Part shown: one piece after another, positions 63,739 through 64,000 of the stretch | Position numbering within the stretch: the stretch's first letter is position 1 | How the letters are laid out: every line of letters starts with the position of its first letter | From: Nitrospirota bacterium | GTDB taxonomy: Bacteria; Nitrospirota; UBA9217 | Assembly: GCA_963818475.1 (NCBI GenBank) | Contig: CAWFSF010000002.1 | Location: 128,001 to 192,000, forward strand | DNA: 64,000 nt | Reading direction: 5' to 3' | Translations under genes and position numbers: made by a program | The notes under the pieces: model-generated | Databases searched by the model: none | Told to the model about the DNA's origin: nothing | Seen by the model: only the letters and a program-made list of their open reading frames with translations

Positions 63739-64000
63739 ATGAAGAAGGCCTTACTGGTTGTCGATGACGAAAAACTGATACGCTATGCGATGTCCGCCAT
63801 GCTCGGGAGTGAGGACCGGGAGATCGTGTGCGCAGCCACGGGAACGGAAGCACTGCAGGAGCTCGCGGCGCGGTCCTTCGATCTCTGTTTTTTAGATCTC
63901 CATCTGCCCGATATGAGCGGGATCGACATCATGCATGCGGTTGCGAAGACTGCTGCGGGAACAAAGATCGTCATCATGACCGGCGCCGAAGTCGACGAGG
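63739..64000 (+). CDS. Response regulator receiver domain (runs off the window)
   Basis: Manual translation MKKALLVVDDEKLIR...FDLCFLDLHLPDMSGID...IVIMTG; SD GGAGG. Confidence 0.9.
   Translation, partial: MKKALLVVDDEKLIRYAMSAMLGSEDREIVCAATGTEALQELAARSFDLCFLDLHLPDMSGIDIMHAVAKTAAGTKIVIMTGAEVDE

Overview
Chromosomal window of a GC-rich anaerobic bacterium; gene content suggests a Nitrospirota/Desulfobacterota-like organism (inference). About nine genes are split by single-base indels, most likely long-read assembly errors. Main blocks: (1) 0-6 kb housekeeping: CIRCE-controlled Hsp20, moaCA, PPi-type phosphofructokinase, ferritin-like protein, polysaccharide deacetylase. (2) 6.2-18.8 kb nine-gene minus-strand operon (small lipoprotein, large PEGA/TPR lipoprotein, TolB-like propeller, TPR protein, Opp/Dpp-type ABC transporter) under a GEMM-I riboswitch carrying the A20 (cyclic AMP-GMP) signature plus an overlapping terminator. 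(3) 19-27 kb two ABC-F ATPases, GT2-GtrA and GT87 glycosyltransferases, ppnP, a decayed GxxExxY element. (4) 27.5-36.8 kb atypical F-type ATP synthase operon with an apparent delta(C-terminal)-alpha fusion and a nearly glycine-free c subunit, interrupted by an AT-rich aldehyde dehydrogenase gene cassette with an attC site inserted between a ribosome-binding site and its ATG. (5) 38.9-60.5 kb OmcS-type cytochrome nanowire locus (hexaheme OmcS homolog with its own GEMM-I riboswitch, sigma54 promoter, 16- and 26-heme cytochromes, beta-barrel, propellers, PPIase) in which one lipoprotein is expanded to about 2,600 aa by 20 Calx-beta-like repeats. (6) TMTC-like membrane/TPR protein, PilZ protein and a response regulator. 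No rRNA, tRNA or CRISPR array was seen.
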